Shown here piece after piece: positions 39,931-49,542 of a DNA stretch of 64,000 bases. Under the pieces are notes generated by a model. It did not search any database and had not been told where the DNA came from. It worked only from the letters and a program-made list of their open reading frames with translations. The position numbers were made by a program, and so were the translations under genes. The DNA is taken from assembly GCA_965218435.1 (NCBI GenBank), contig CBDCKW010000009.1:3840001-3904000 (forward strand), given 5' to 3'. The stretch comes from Truepera sp. (GTDB lineage: Bacteria > Deinococcota > Deinococci > Deinococcales > Trueperaceae). Positions within the stretch are counted from its first letter, which is position 1, and each line of letters starts with the position of its first letter.

Positions 39931-40998
39931 CTAGCTTAGATAACCCAGTTTCGTCCAAACAGCCTGAGCTGCCGGGTGAAACGGAACGTCGAGAGGTGTT
40001 TCGGGAGAGTCGGTGACCATCCGCGCCAGCGGCAGAGCGGGTTGCTCCAAAGGCCCGATCTGCCACGGGATCGAGCCTTTTCTGGCCTCCATGCCCTCGC
40101 AGAACTTCCGAATAAGCAGGTCGGGCGCGTCCGACCGAGTGTAGATCGGCCAACCGCTGAAATCGACGGTGGCAACGTCGGCAGGGAGACGCTCATAGCG
40201 CGACTTTTCGATAGTTCCCCGTTTGAAGCCAACACGCTCCAGTTCAGCGAGGTGCTCTTCGTCAATGTCTAAAAAGCGCATCCCGACCTCTGGAACAGCA
40301 TTTGCCCAGACCATCACGCCCTCCTCGAAGACCGCGTCGAGTTCGCCCTGAGCCACACGTCCCAATCGAAAAGGGTAATCAGGCAGCTCTCCCCCCGGCA
40401 TCGGCTGGTCATAGGACACGTTGCCACCCCAGTTAAGGATGTCCTGATAGCTAAAGCCGTGAACATTGAGGACTTTCTCGACCAGCCGGGTGGTACTCGA
40501 GTCGAGCGACCCACGCACTGACAAACGCAGGGGATAAAGCTTTTCCCGGATGTCCGATAAGGATGTCAGCCCGGACGCCTCGCTGACGGCAAAACCGAGC
40601 TGGTCGCTGTGAGGCAGGACAGCGACCAGCGCGACCTGCATGGGTTCTGTGAACAGACCCACACCCCGGTGCGCCATCGAGAGAATGGCGGATGGGTTCA
40701 TGATAGAGATATCGAGCGTGCGCTCAAAAACGCGGCGAATCGAGTCCGGATTATTCGCGCCGAAAAGACTGAAGCTGCCGAGTTCGTCACCTTGGCTTTG
40801 GAGCGCGATGGTCGTCTCGCGGTACGGCCAATCCGCTTCGGTCATCATGTATGACACGGGCTCGAGCATGATTTTGGCGCGGATACCGAGGGGATCAACT
40901 GCGCCGACGGAGCTGACTGAAGGTACACCGCCGGGTTTCAGAGGCACCTCGGACTGCGTGCCGGATTGCGCGTCGGTTTTGGGTTTTTGGTCACTCAT
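39931..40998 (-). CDS. TAXI-like / type-2 periplasmic-binding-fold protein without a signal peptide
   Basis: G-x-GLF..P, GLTSLSDIREK.YPLRLS, GELDAVF, PLDVPFHPAA..W...GY C-terminus typical of TAXI SBPs. Confidence 0.6.
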   Translation of the reverse strand: MSDQKPKTDAQSGTQSEVPLKPGGVPSVSSVGAVDPLGIRAKIMLEPVSYMMTEADWPYRETTIALQSQGDELGSFSLFGANNPDSIRRVFERTLDISIMNPSAILSMAHRGVGLFTEPMQVALVAVLPHSDQLGFAVSEASGLTSLSDIREKLYPLRLSVRGSLDSSTTRLVEKVLNVHGFSYQDILNWGGNVSYDQPMPGGELPDYPFRLGRVAQGELDAVFEEGVMVWANAVPEVGMRFLDIDEEHLAELERVGFKRGTIEKSRYERLPADVATVDFSGWPIYTRSDAPDLLIRKFCEGMEARKGSIPWQIGPLEQPALPLARMVTDSPETPLDVPFHPAAQAVWTKLGYLS

Positions 40999-41423
40999 CG
41001 TTTTTCCTCCAAAGTGTTGGTTGTCAAACTACTGGTCATCTCTGAGTCTGCCTCGAGTTTGGCGAGTTCTTCGTGCATCACCATCCACCCGTTCGAGGCA
41101 CGCGGCCCGCCCACAGAGACGCTGAGCAGTGTGGCGAGCGCCTCGAGCTGTTGCCGGGTACAGCCGTGGCGAACAGCCCAGCGGGTGTGTGACCTGAGCT
41201 GCGGCTCGGCACCGCCCTGAGTAATGAGTGCGGCGATAACGATGAAACTGCGGTCGCGCAGACTGAGTTCATCATCAACCCAGATGCCTGCGGCTGAGAA
41301 GATCATTTCGTCGCCGAAACGCTCGCCGACACGTTCGGTAAACCACGATGCGACCTCCTCACGCGGAATCTGAAACTGGCTTGCGTAGGCGTCTAAACCT
41401 TGTTCGTAACGTTTGTTGTCCAC
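40995..41423 (-). CDS. Carboxymuconolactone decarboxylase (CMD/AhpD)-family protein
   Basis: GTG 41423 after GGAG; IW...LSLRDRSFIVIAAL...QLRSH. Confidence 0.82.
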   Translation of the reverse strand: MDNKRYEQGLDAYASQFQIPREEVASWFTERVGERFGDEMIFSAAGIWVDDELSLRDRSFIVIAALITQGGAEPQLRSHTRWAVRHGCTRQQLEALATLLSVSVGGPRASNGWMVMHEELAKLEADSEMTSSLTTNTLEEKR

Positions 41424-41452
41424 TCCTAAGTCACCTCCAACTGACAGGCTAT

Positions 41453-41492
41453 ATTCTAGACTAGTGTATCCAAATATGTCAAGTGTATCCAA
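41453..41492 (-). promoter_or_regulatory. Sigma70 promoter overlapped by a direct-repeat operator
   Basis: Minus strand TTGACA-N18-TAGAAT; TTGGATACACT twice (41482-41492 and 41463-41473) flanking the -35. Confidence 0.7.
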
Positions 41493-41841
41493 TTAATAAG
41501 TTGTGAAAACTTGCTATAGTGAGCTGCTAAGCTGTTTTAGAAAGTTGAGCCAAATCAGCAAAGTTAGGGTTGCCGTACTGTTTTTGGCAGGTTAAGTGGT
41601 GAGTCTCGTCGTTGGGAGCATGTCAAGTAAGTTGACATCAGTTCAAGGTTTGTCTCAGGGCTGGTAATTGCACCAGTGTTGCTGAAAGCCGGTTTTTAGG
41701 CTGAGGTGTGTAAGCTACCGAGCTAGAGGTGATGATTAACCGCAAAGTTGACCGGATGGCGGACAGGCCCAGAAGCGGCCAAGACCGGTAGGTGCTGCTT
41801 TAGGGCCAAGACAGGTGCTATTTTGTCAAAGACAGGGGTGC

Positions 41842-41995
41842 CAGCAGCGTTCCCTCAAGTTTAAGGCTCACGGCTATCTGCCTAAAAGCTACTTCGAGCG
41901 CGGCTTAGACGCTCTTCGCTCAGCTATCCTTACTGGTCACGCCTCAACTTATAGCAGCCTCCGAGATCGTCTCAATCTTTTGTCCCGGTAGTGAG
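41842..41995 (+). pseudogene. 3'-terminal relic of an IS4-family transposase
   Basis: KFKAHGYLPKSYFERGLDALRSAIL...LLSR* resembles the KxHG..KSxFRxGLD.LR tail of IS4 transposases; ends in TTTTGTCCCGGTAGTGAG, an IR-like end. Confidence 0.55.
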
Positions 41996-42103
41996 GTACA
42001 CCACCTTGAGCCAAAGTCGCCTTTGATAACGGCCTCTGTTAGTGACCAGTAAACCCCTTACACTGCCGAGCAACCGAGGCAGACAGCTCCTTATAAGCCT
42101 TCT

Positions 42104-42535
42104 CTACTCAGGTTGAGACAATCTAAGCACCACCGGCACATTTTCTTTTTGGCTGCCTACTTGAAATGTAAAAACGGCGTTTTGCTGCGTAGTAAAACAA
42201 AACCCGCGGGCCAGCGAACAGAGCGAAAAGGTTGCCTCGAGGGGGGCCTGATACGTTCCCGGTTTCGTTCCTGCCGGTACGCTGAGCTGCCACGTTACAG
42301 GCTGCAAGGTGGTGTAGTAAATCTCCGGTTTGTCATGCCACGGTTCGCCGCTGACTTTGGCTTTAAGAATTGCGCGGTCAAAAGGATTACTCAGTTCTAA
42401 ACGGGGTGGGTTCAGACGGCTGATCAAGATGCCCGGAGGCGTTTTGACGATGAGCTGTAGCGGCTCGAGTTCAAGTTTCTGCTGTGCGCTGCCTAAACTG
42501 CTCAGCACTAAGATCAAGACCAACGCAAGCTTCAT
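42104..42535 (-). CDS. Small exported protein, DsbD-alpha-like Ig fold with C-x6-C
   Basis: Signal peptide; FSLCSLARGFC; coupled to the redoxin gene. Confidence 0.55.
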   Translation of the reverse strand: MKLALVLILVLSSLGSAQQKLELEPLQLIVKTPPGILISRLNPPRLELSNPFDRAILKAKVSGEPWHDKPEIYYTTLQPVTWQLSVPAGTKPGTYQAPLEATFSLCSLARGFCFTTQQNAVFTFQVGSQKENVPVVLRLSQPE

Positions 42536-43095
42536 TTAGCTAAGGCGGCCTCGATAGCACGCTCTAAGGGTTTGATGCCAGCGGGGTAGACGCTCGAGAT
42601 TTCTCCTTGCTGCACGCGTTTAACGACGCCTTGCCGGTCAACCAGGTAAAAACTCGGCCAGACACTGTTTTTGTACGCCCGCCAGGTCGCGGAATTGTTG
42701 TCTTGCATGACCGGCCAGCTGACGCCCTCACGTATGAGCGCCTCTTGAACGTTTCCCAGCGGTTTATCCGACTCGAACTCGGGGGTGTGGACACCGACAA
42801 TTTCAAATCCTTGATCCTTAAACTGCTCGTACCACCCTTGTAAGGTTGGCAGGCTGCGGGTGCAGTTGTAACACGAATAGACCCAGACATTGACCAAAAC
42901 GACTTTGCCGCGCAAATCGCCGATACTGAGCGGCTCAGAGTTGAGCCACTGCCCACCGGGGATAAACTCGGGCGCAGGTGTCCCTACTTTTTGGGCTATT
43001 CCAGGAGTAACCAGAGTAACCAACATGAAACTCACCAGCAAGGCTAAGGTGACAGCCCTTGCCCGTCCTTTGGCCCAACCGCTCGGTAACCTCAC
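42532..43095 (-). CDS. Exported thioredoxin-like redoxin (DipZ/TlpA type)
   Basis: WLNS.PL..LRGKVVL..W.YSCYNC, GVHTPEF, WPS. Confidence 0.88.
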   Translation of the reverse strand: MRLPSGWAKGRARAVTLALLVSFMLVTLVTPGIAQKVGTPAPEFIPGGQWLNSEPLSIGDLRGKVVLVNVWVYSCYNCTRSLPTLQGWYEQFKDQGFEIVGVHTPEFESDKPLGNVQEALIREGVSWPVMQDNNSATWRAYKNSVWPSFYLVDRQGVVKRVQQGEISSVYPAGIKPLERAIEAALAK

Positions 43096-44694
43096 CTAAA
43101 CCATCGCCTGTCGGTTGTCGAGACCGCTTGCGCCGCTCGGGTGCGGAGGCTGCTGTTCGGTAATTTGCTGGTCGCCGTTTTTGTCCGTACAGCGCACCGT
43201 AAAGGTATGCTCACCTGAACTAAAGGGCCACTCGAAACGCCACAGTACCCAGGTGAGGTCTGAGACCGGTTTGCGCAGTTCGGCCTTCTGCCAGTCGCCG
43301 CCGTCTACTTGCAATTCAACTTTTGAAACTCCCCGTGCGCCCGCGTAAGCGATCCCGCCGACGGGAATTTTTTCGTTGCTGCTAGCTGCGCCAGCGATCA
43401 TCATATTTGTCGCCACGGTGTCAATCACCGAGGTTTCTTTGACCCTCGCCTCGCGGTCCCACGACCGCACGACCCAGTAACCCGGTGCCCACGCGTCCAC
43501 CGCTTCAACCGTCTCAATCCACTTGGGCTGCTTCATGCCGTAGTGGTCGGGGATAAAGATGCGGAGCGGAAAACCGTGTTGGATCTGGAGCGGCACCCCG
43601 TCCCAGGCGTAGTTGAGGGTGATCCGTTCGTCGTTACGGACGTCGTCTAACGCGACATATTCAAAAAAGCCGTCAGCCGAGCTGATCCGCAAATGCGTCG
43701 CGTTATCTTCTAGCCCCCATTCGGGTAGCAGCTTTTGCAGCGGCACGCCCGTCCAGCGCGTCGTGCTGATCAGTTCACCGCCGACCGGGTTTGAAATACA
43801 CGACATGGTGATGAACTGATCTTTTGCGTCGTAAGCGCGGAGTTCTTGCAGGGTGTACTCTTTGGGCGTATTGACTAAACCCTCGACGCGCAGACGCCAG
43901 TCGGCCTCTTGGACCACGGGCGGTGCGAGGTTGATATCGATCCGGTAGTACTGCTCTAAAGGCGTGTATTCAGGGCGTGTCCCTTGCACGGCGGCGACCG
44001 CTGTACCCGCATTGGGTAAGGGGTTATTGGCCGACCAACGCTGGCCTGCAGGGGCTTCGGCTGCAGCCTCGCTGGTCCGGCGACCGAGCGCCGCCCCGAC
44101 ACCTGCGCCTGCGACGGTAATGAGGGCTGCCGCGCTGCCGACGCGTACGATAAATTGCCGCCGGTTAAGCGGTTCGGCAACCGCTGCCGGGGTGACGACC
44201 CGGACGGTGCGGCGCTGCAGCCACGCCAGACCCAAACCCCAGACGAGCAAGGCCAGCAGCGTCCAGAGCCCGTCTATGAGTGTCGCCCCTTGCCGTGTTG
44301 CGCTGATGGCACCCAAAATCACGCCCAGCACGAGGCCGTACCCGAGACCGGCACCCCAGCCCGAGCGCCGCCCACGGTAAACGGCAAAGTACACTGCCCC
44401 GCCGATCATCGCCAAGATAACGGTCAGCCCTACCGCCATAAGCTGTTCGGCGAGTTTGGCGTTTTCTCTGACTGAGAGTCCAAGCGTGGTGAGTAGCCCG
44501 ACCATGCTGTCAATCCCGGTCGTAATCACGCTGCCGGGCAGGGTGCGCGACACCAAATCGAATACGTCATAAGGGATAAAGGGCACGCCCACGGTAAGGT
44601 TGGCCAGATACAACAGGGCCAAAAGTGGCGCACTTAAAAGCAGGGCGAGGGACACGCCGCCGACAAGAGCGAGCCAGACATTAGGTTTTTTCAT
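43096..44694 (-). CDS. Membrane-anchored sulfite-oxidase-family molybdoenzyme
   Basis: 4 TMs then NRRQF twin-Arg helix; SCISNPVGG, WTGVPL, HGFPLR, YGMKQPKW, GYW, Mo-co dimerisation domain. Confidence 0.9.
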   Translation of the reverse strand: MKKPNVWLALVGGVSLALLLSAPLLALLYLANLTVGVPFIPYDVFDLVSRTLPGSVITTGIDSMVGLLTTLGLSVRENAKLAEQLMAVGLTVILAMIGGAVYFAVYRGRRSGWGAGLGYGLVLGVILGAISATRQGATLIDGLWTLLALLVWGLGLAWLQRRTVRVVTPAAVAEPLNRRQFIVRVGSAAALITVAGAGVGAALGRRTSEAAAEAPAGQRWSANNPLPNAGTAVAAVQGTRPEYTPLEQYYRIDINLAPPVVQEADWRLRVEGLVNTPKEYTLQELRAYDAKDQFITMSCISNPVGGELISTTRWTGVPLQKLLPEWGLEDNATHLRISSADGFFEYVALDDVRNDERITLNYAWDGVPLQIQHGFPLRIFIPDHYGMKQPKWIETVEAVDAWAPGYWVVRSWDREARVKETSVIDTVATNMMIAGAASSNEKIPVGGIAYAGARGVSKVELQVDGGDWQKAELRKPVSDLTWVLWRFEWPFSSGEHTFTVRCTDKNGDQQITEQQPPHPSGASGLDNRQAMV

Positions 44695-44989
44695 CTTTAT
44701 CTCCTTAGCTACTTTCAGTCAAATAACGGTAGACCGGGTGAAGAGGTCATCTTATATAAAGAGGTCATTTCACCTGAGGTGTTCAGTAGGGGCTGTTAGA
44801 CGAGGTAAGTACATAGATAGCTTAGTTTAGGCCAAATGTATCACGAAAGTATCACACCTACCCTTGGGGGCGAGTGTGCGGTAGGGCAATGGTAGAGTTA
44901 CAATGACGTGGTGACAGCAGTGTAAGTTTGACCGCCTCAGCGTGTTTTATTGTGACGTTCTCGTGATGACTTTCTGCCACACTGAAGTA

Positions 44990-45730
44990 ATGACTGAGGC
45001 AACGAAACACGGGGCGTTCCCCCCCCATATTCTCATCGTCGAGGATGACCCTGACATCGCGCATCTTATCGCGCTGCACTTAAGCGAAATCGGCTGCGTC
45101 GCCGAAACGGTTTACGACGGTGAGAGCGGTTTCGAGCGCGCCCTTTCAGGTGACTACGACCTGATTGTTTTAGACGTGATGTTGCCCGGACTCAGCGGAA
45201 CCGAACTCTGTCAAAGGCTGCGGGTTAAAGCTAGTTCTGTATTTATCCTTATGCTCACCGCCCGCTCCGGCGAGTTTGACCGTGTGCTCGGCCTCGAGCT
45301 GGGCGCGGACGATTATCTGACCAAACCTTTTAGCTTCCGCGAACTTCAGGCTAGGGTCAAGGCTTTGCTGCGGCGCAAAACACAATTTGAAAACGTTCAA
45401 CTTCAACCGCAGGTTTTCCAAAGCGGCGACTTGACCGTAGATGTAGAGCAGCGGGTGGTCACCCTACGCGGGAGCGTCGTCGACCTCACGCTTAAAGAGT
45501 TCGACCTGCTCGTGCAGTTCGCGCGTCATCCGGGCCGGGTCTATACCCGCGCACAGCTCCTTGATCTGGTCTGGGGCTACGGTTACAGCGGGTTGGAACA
45601 TACCGTCAACTCACATATCAACCGACTGCGCGGCAAGCTCGAGCACGATCCGGCCAGCCCCAAATATATCCAAACCGTCTGGGGTGTGGGTTACAGATTT
45701 GCGACCATCTCAGCGGAGGCGGTCTCGTAG
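44990..45730 (+). CDS. OmpR-family response regulator
   Basis: VEDD, LDVMLP, GADDYLTKPF, TVWGVGYRF. Confidence 0.93.
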   Translation: MTEATKHGAFPPHILIVEDDPDIAHLIALHLSEIGCVAETVYDGESGFERALSGDYDLIVLDVMLPGLSGTELCQRLRVKASSVFILMLTARSGEFDRVLGLELGADDYLTKPFSFRELQARVKALLRRKTQFENVQLQPQVFQSGDLTVDVEQRVVTLRGSVVDLTLKEFDLLVQFARHPGRVYTRAQLLDLVWGYGYSGLEHTVNSHINRLRGKLEHDPASPKYIQTVWGVGYRFATISAEAVS

Positions 45731-45733
45731 AAG

Positions 45734-47194
45734 ATGCTCAGGACCTTACACGGCAGGCTTTCGCTGGTGCTCTTGACGCTCTTTATCCCGCTGGGCGTCC
45801 TTTATGTGGGGTCAACCGTGGCGACGAGTCAGCGTTACGCGCAGGAGGTCAGCCAGCAGGTCAACAAAGACCTGGCCGCGCGTCTCGTCCGCACCCACGA
45901 CCTGATGGTGGGGGGTGGCGCGGACGCCACGCAGCTGAGCGCAGCTGTCAATTCACTTTCGGTGACCAACCCGGATGTGGACCTGTACGTGCTGAACACC
46001 GCGGGCAAAATTTTGCTGGCGTCGCTACCTGCCGGAAAGCTCGAGCAGCAGACCGTATCGCTGGGGCCTGTAGACGCCGTAATGCACGAGTCGGTCGCGT
46101 ACCCGGTGCTGGGCGACAACCCGCGAGACCCGGGGCAGCCGAAGGTCTTTTCGGTCGCCGCTATTCCAGCGAAAGGACCACTCGAGGGCTACTTGTACAT
46201 CGTACTAGCCGATGAAGTCCAAGATTCCGTCGCTTCGATGGTTGAGAGCAGCACCATTTTAAGGCTCAGCATTTGGGTTGGACTCGCCGGGCTTACCCTG
46301 GTTTTTTTAGCAGGTATTTTGATGTTTACACTTTTTACGCGCCGCTTAAAACGTCTGGCAACGATCATGATGGATTTTGAACGAAGAAACTTCGAAGGCG
46401 CTGCCCTTAAACCTGTTCTGACTACCCGCACCAGCGACGAGGTAGGAGACCTCAACCGCGTCTTTTACGGTATGGCGGCGCGGATCGCGGAGCAAGTCAG
46501 CCGCTTAAAAGAGAGTGACCGACTCCGCCGAGAGCTCGTGGCTAACGTCTCTCACGATCTGCGGACGCCTTTAACAGCGCTACAGGGCTATCTGGAAACA
46601 CTCCAACTCGAGACCTTGAGTGGGGCGGACAAACACCGTTACTTAAGCGTCGCGCTTAAACACAGCGAGCACTTAAATACCCTGGTTACGGAGCTTTTTG
46701 AGCTCGCTAAACTCGAGGCGAACGCCGCGCCGATTCATAACGAACGTTTTCCGCTAGCTGAACTTGTACAAGACGTGGTGCAGAAGTTCGGGCTGAGCGC
46801 CGAGAAAAAGGGCGTCACCTTAGTTGCCGACACCGAGGTGCGTCCGTCGGTCTATGCAGACGTGGGTTTTCTCGAGCGGGTACTGGAAAATTTGCTCGAC
46901 AACGCCCTGCACTACACGCCCGCAGGAGGGACGGTAAGCGTCTCGTTAGGTGCCTCTGTCCAAGGTGTCAGGGTTGAGGTGACCGACACGGGTTCCGGTA
47001 TCCCGCCTGCAGAACTGCCGCACGTTTTTGAGCGGTTTTACCGGGGCTCACGTGCAGGCGGGGAAAAAGGAAGCGGCGCGGGGCTTGGGCTGACCATCAG
47101 CCAGCGGATGTTGGAGCTTCACGGTACCCGGCTCGAGGTGGAGAGTCGCGTCGGCGTCGGGACGACCTTTAGTTTTAGCTTGCCGACAGCTTGA
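45734..47194 (+). CDS. HAMP sensor histidine kinase
   Basis: 2 TMs, SHDLRTPL, NLLDNA, DTGSGI, GLGL. Confidence 0.93.
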   Translation: MLRTLHGRLSLVLLTLFIPLGVLYVGSTVATSQRYAQEVSQQVNKDLAARLVRTHDLMVGGGADATQLSAAVNSLSVTNPDVDLYVLNTAGKILLASLPAGKLEQQTVSLGPVDAVMHESVAYPVLGDNPRDPGQPKVFSVAAIPAKGPLEGYLYIVLADEVQDSVASMVESSTILRLSIWVGLAGLTLVFLAGILMFTLFTRRLKRLATIMMDFERRNFEGAALKPVLTTRTSDEVGDLNRVFYGMAARIAEQVSRLKESDRLRRELVANVSHDLRTPLTALQGYLETLQLETLSGADKHRYLSVALKHSEHLNTLVTELFELAKLEANAAPIHNERFPLAELVQDVVQKFGLSAEKKGVTLVADTEVRPSVYADVGFLERVLENLLDNALHYTPAGGTVSVSLGASVQGVRVEVTDTGSGIPPAELPHVFERFYRGSRAGGEKGSGAGLGLTISQRMLELHGTRLEVESRVGVGTTFSFSLPTA

Positions 47195-47261
47195 GACGAG
47201 GCTTTTGCTCGAGGGTCAGGGAGCGTAGCACCGGTACGCTGGTACCACTTAAAAAGGCGAC

Positions 47262-48521
47262 TCAGTCTATACGTTCCAAATTTTTAAGCGAAGGCTGCGA
47301 GTAAAAGATAGCCGTGACCACCAGGGTAAAAGCCGCGACGGTGATGAACATAAGACCTGTACCCCGACCCACTCCGACGCCGATAATCTGACCGAAACTC
47401 CCTGCAAGTAGACCACCCGGAAGCAGCAGCGGTTCAAAAACGCGGTCCGCCAAAGGGCCGGCCGCAAGGTAGCCGAGCGGCATCGCGGCCCCGCCGATAA
47501 ACTGCGTCAGCGCGAACACCCGACCCTGCATCTGTGGCACTACGTTCCGCTGAAAGATGACGGCGGTATAGCCGTTGGTAAAGGGCAATGCAAAGTAAGC
47601 GCCGAAGATACCTACCCCGACGAGCCAAACCAGCGGCTTGAGCCCGATCAGAACTACAAAGGGGCAAAACAAGAACATAAAGCCGAACACCCCGTTGACC
47701 GGTCGCTCAGGGCCGCGCCAAGCCGTCATGATCAAACTACCGGTGAGCAACCCAAGACCGCCCATAGACAGCAAAACGCCGAGCGTGTCCGGCCCTATGA
47801 AGCTTAAAATAAGCGGTGTCATCAGCCCTAGCGCCACCGCACCCGTCAGATTGATCAGGCCGAAATAGAACATCAGCGTGAGCAGCCCCCTCCGTTCCCG
47901 CAGATATTGAGCAGCGCTCGAGATAGCGCGCCAGGTACCCTCGCCCTCTGTTTGAATAACTTTCGGGGTAGGGATAGAGATGAAGAGTAGTGGGACAACA
48001 GCTACCAAGAAGCTCGCCATATCCATCAGCAGAACGGCTTGAAGTCCCGCCAGCACCACCAGCCACCCTCCTAAGAGCGGCGCGAGGAGCTGGGACAAGG
48101 CTTGTGACAACCCCTGCAACCCGTTCGCCCTTCCTAGCTGCTCGTCTTTAACAAGCATGGTGATGGACGCGCCCAGAGCCGGTCCTTGAAACGTACCAAA
48201 GGCCGCGCTCACGCCCGCAGCCAGGTAGATATGCGGTACCTGCAACACCCCTTGCGTAAAGAGTAAATAAACGACCAAGGTACCTATACCTGCCCCCAAA
48301 TCACCCAGCACGATAAGCTTGCGCCTGTCCCAGCGGTCGGCGACGACCCCGGCGACAGGCGAGAGCAAAACGCGGGGCAACGTCGTGGCCAGCAGAACCA
48401 AACTGAACTGCGTCGCTGAGCCCGTCCGCTCAAAAACCCACACGCCTAGTGCAAACCCTGTTAAACCCGACCCCAAGGTAGAGACGAGCTGACCGAACCA
48501 GATGGGTAAAAACGCCCTCAT
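47262..48521 (-). CDS. MFS transporter (macrolide-efflux-like)
   Basis: WFGQLVSTLGS, GVVADRWDRR, MQGRVF; start ATG 48521. Confidence 0.88.
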   Translation of the reverse strand: MRAFLPIWFGQLVSTLGSGLTGFALGVWVFERTGSATQFSLVLLATTLPRVLLSPVAGVVADRWDRRKLIVLGDLGAGIGTLVVYLLFTQGVLQVPHIYLAAGVSAAFGTFQGPALGASITMLVKDEQLGRANGLQGLSQALSQLLAPLLGGWLVVLAGLQAVLLMDMASFLVAVVPLLFISIPTPKVIQTEGEGTWRAISSAAQYLRERRGLLTLMFYFGLINLTGAVALGLMTPLILSFIGPDTLGVLLSMGGLGLLTGSLIMTAWRGPERPVNGVFGFMFLFCPFVVLIGLKPLVWLVGVGIFGAYFALPFTNGYTAVIFQRNVVPQMQGRVFALTQFIGGAAMPLGYLAAGPLADRVFEPLLLPGGLLAGSFGQIIGVGVGRGTGLMFITVAAFTLVVTAIFYSQPSLKNLERID

Positions 48522-48565
48522 GACACACCTGCCTTCAAAGTCAGAATGAAGGTAGACTTGTTCAG

Positions 48566-49234
48566 ATGGAACACGAAAATCTGAACAAGGTTTGGGCTGA
48601 AGTCCACACGGCGGCGGCAGCGCGGGCACTTATCGACCCCAAGAAACGCCGTTACTTGGAGCCGTTTATAGGTCGGGAGCGCACGGCGAGTGAAGTAGCC
48701 AAAATGTTGGGTATAAAGTTGACGGCGATGCTGTACCAACTAGAACAGCTTAAAGCTCTGGGGCTGCTCCAGGTGACGCGGCAGCAGGCACGGCGGGGGC
48801 GACCTATAAAGCTCTACCGCGCCACTGCCGACAAGTTCTTCGTACCTTTTGAAGTGACCCGGGCCGAGTCGCTCACTACTTTGCTGGCAGAACTCGAGGC
48901 CGACTTTCAGCGTTACTTCGTCCAAAACTTGGCGTGGGCGGGGCTCGAGTTAGCAGAAAACTGGGGCTTCACCATCTACCGTAACGAGGAGGGCTCGGTT
49001 GTTCAGGACTTGGTTCCACGCGAAGGAGGCAGTGGAAACGCCCTACCTTTGCTACTGAGGAACAGTTCGCCTGCGCTCTGGGCGAGTTCGTCCTTTTTGA
49101 AGCTGGATTTTGGGACGGCCAAAGCGTTACAGCGAGATATCGACAAGCTGCTGAATGGCTACCGAACAAAGCAAGTACAGGGAGAACAAACTTATCTCGT
49201 AAAGTTTGGGCTGACCCCTCTTGAAGCGAAATGA
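48566..49234 (+). CDS. ArsR-like winged-HTH regulator
   Basis: TASEVAKMLG...L..LGLL.V...RRGRPIKLYRA; divergent from the MFS gene. Confidence 0.75.
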   Translation: MEHENLNKVWAEVHTAAAARALIDPKKRRYLEPFIGRERTASEVAKMLGIKLTAMLYQLEQLKALGLLQVTRQQARRGRPIKLYRATADKFFVPFEVTRAESLTTLLAELEADFQRYFVQNLAWAGLELAENWGFTIYRNEEGSVVQDLVPREGGSGNALPLLLRNSSPALWASSSFLKLDFGTAKALQRDIDKLLNGYRTKQVQGEQTYLVKFGLTPLEAK

Positions 49235-49542
49235 GCAAGCTCTGTGTGGCACAGTGAATCTTTTAAGTCCAGCAAGTAGAACCTTGAAGTCTGAACTATA
49301 GCTAGCCGTTCTAAAAGCCTGATCTGCGTACTTGGCAACGTGTGCCATGGTCACGCGTGATAAAACCGTGACCTTTTTGCGAGGAAATTGTGATCTTTGC
49401 TCTCTATTCTTCTACCTGAAGGTATTGCAAACCCCGGAGAACCACTTCGCCCCGGTAAGCGCGCCGGTGAAGTCGTCTCGGGGTCGCCGCGTACCCTCAC
49501 GCCCGTCACGTTGTCCCGACTGACGGCCTTAAGGAGACGTTT

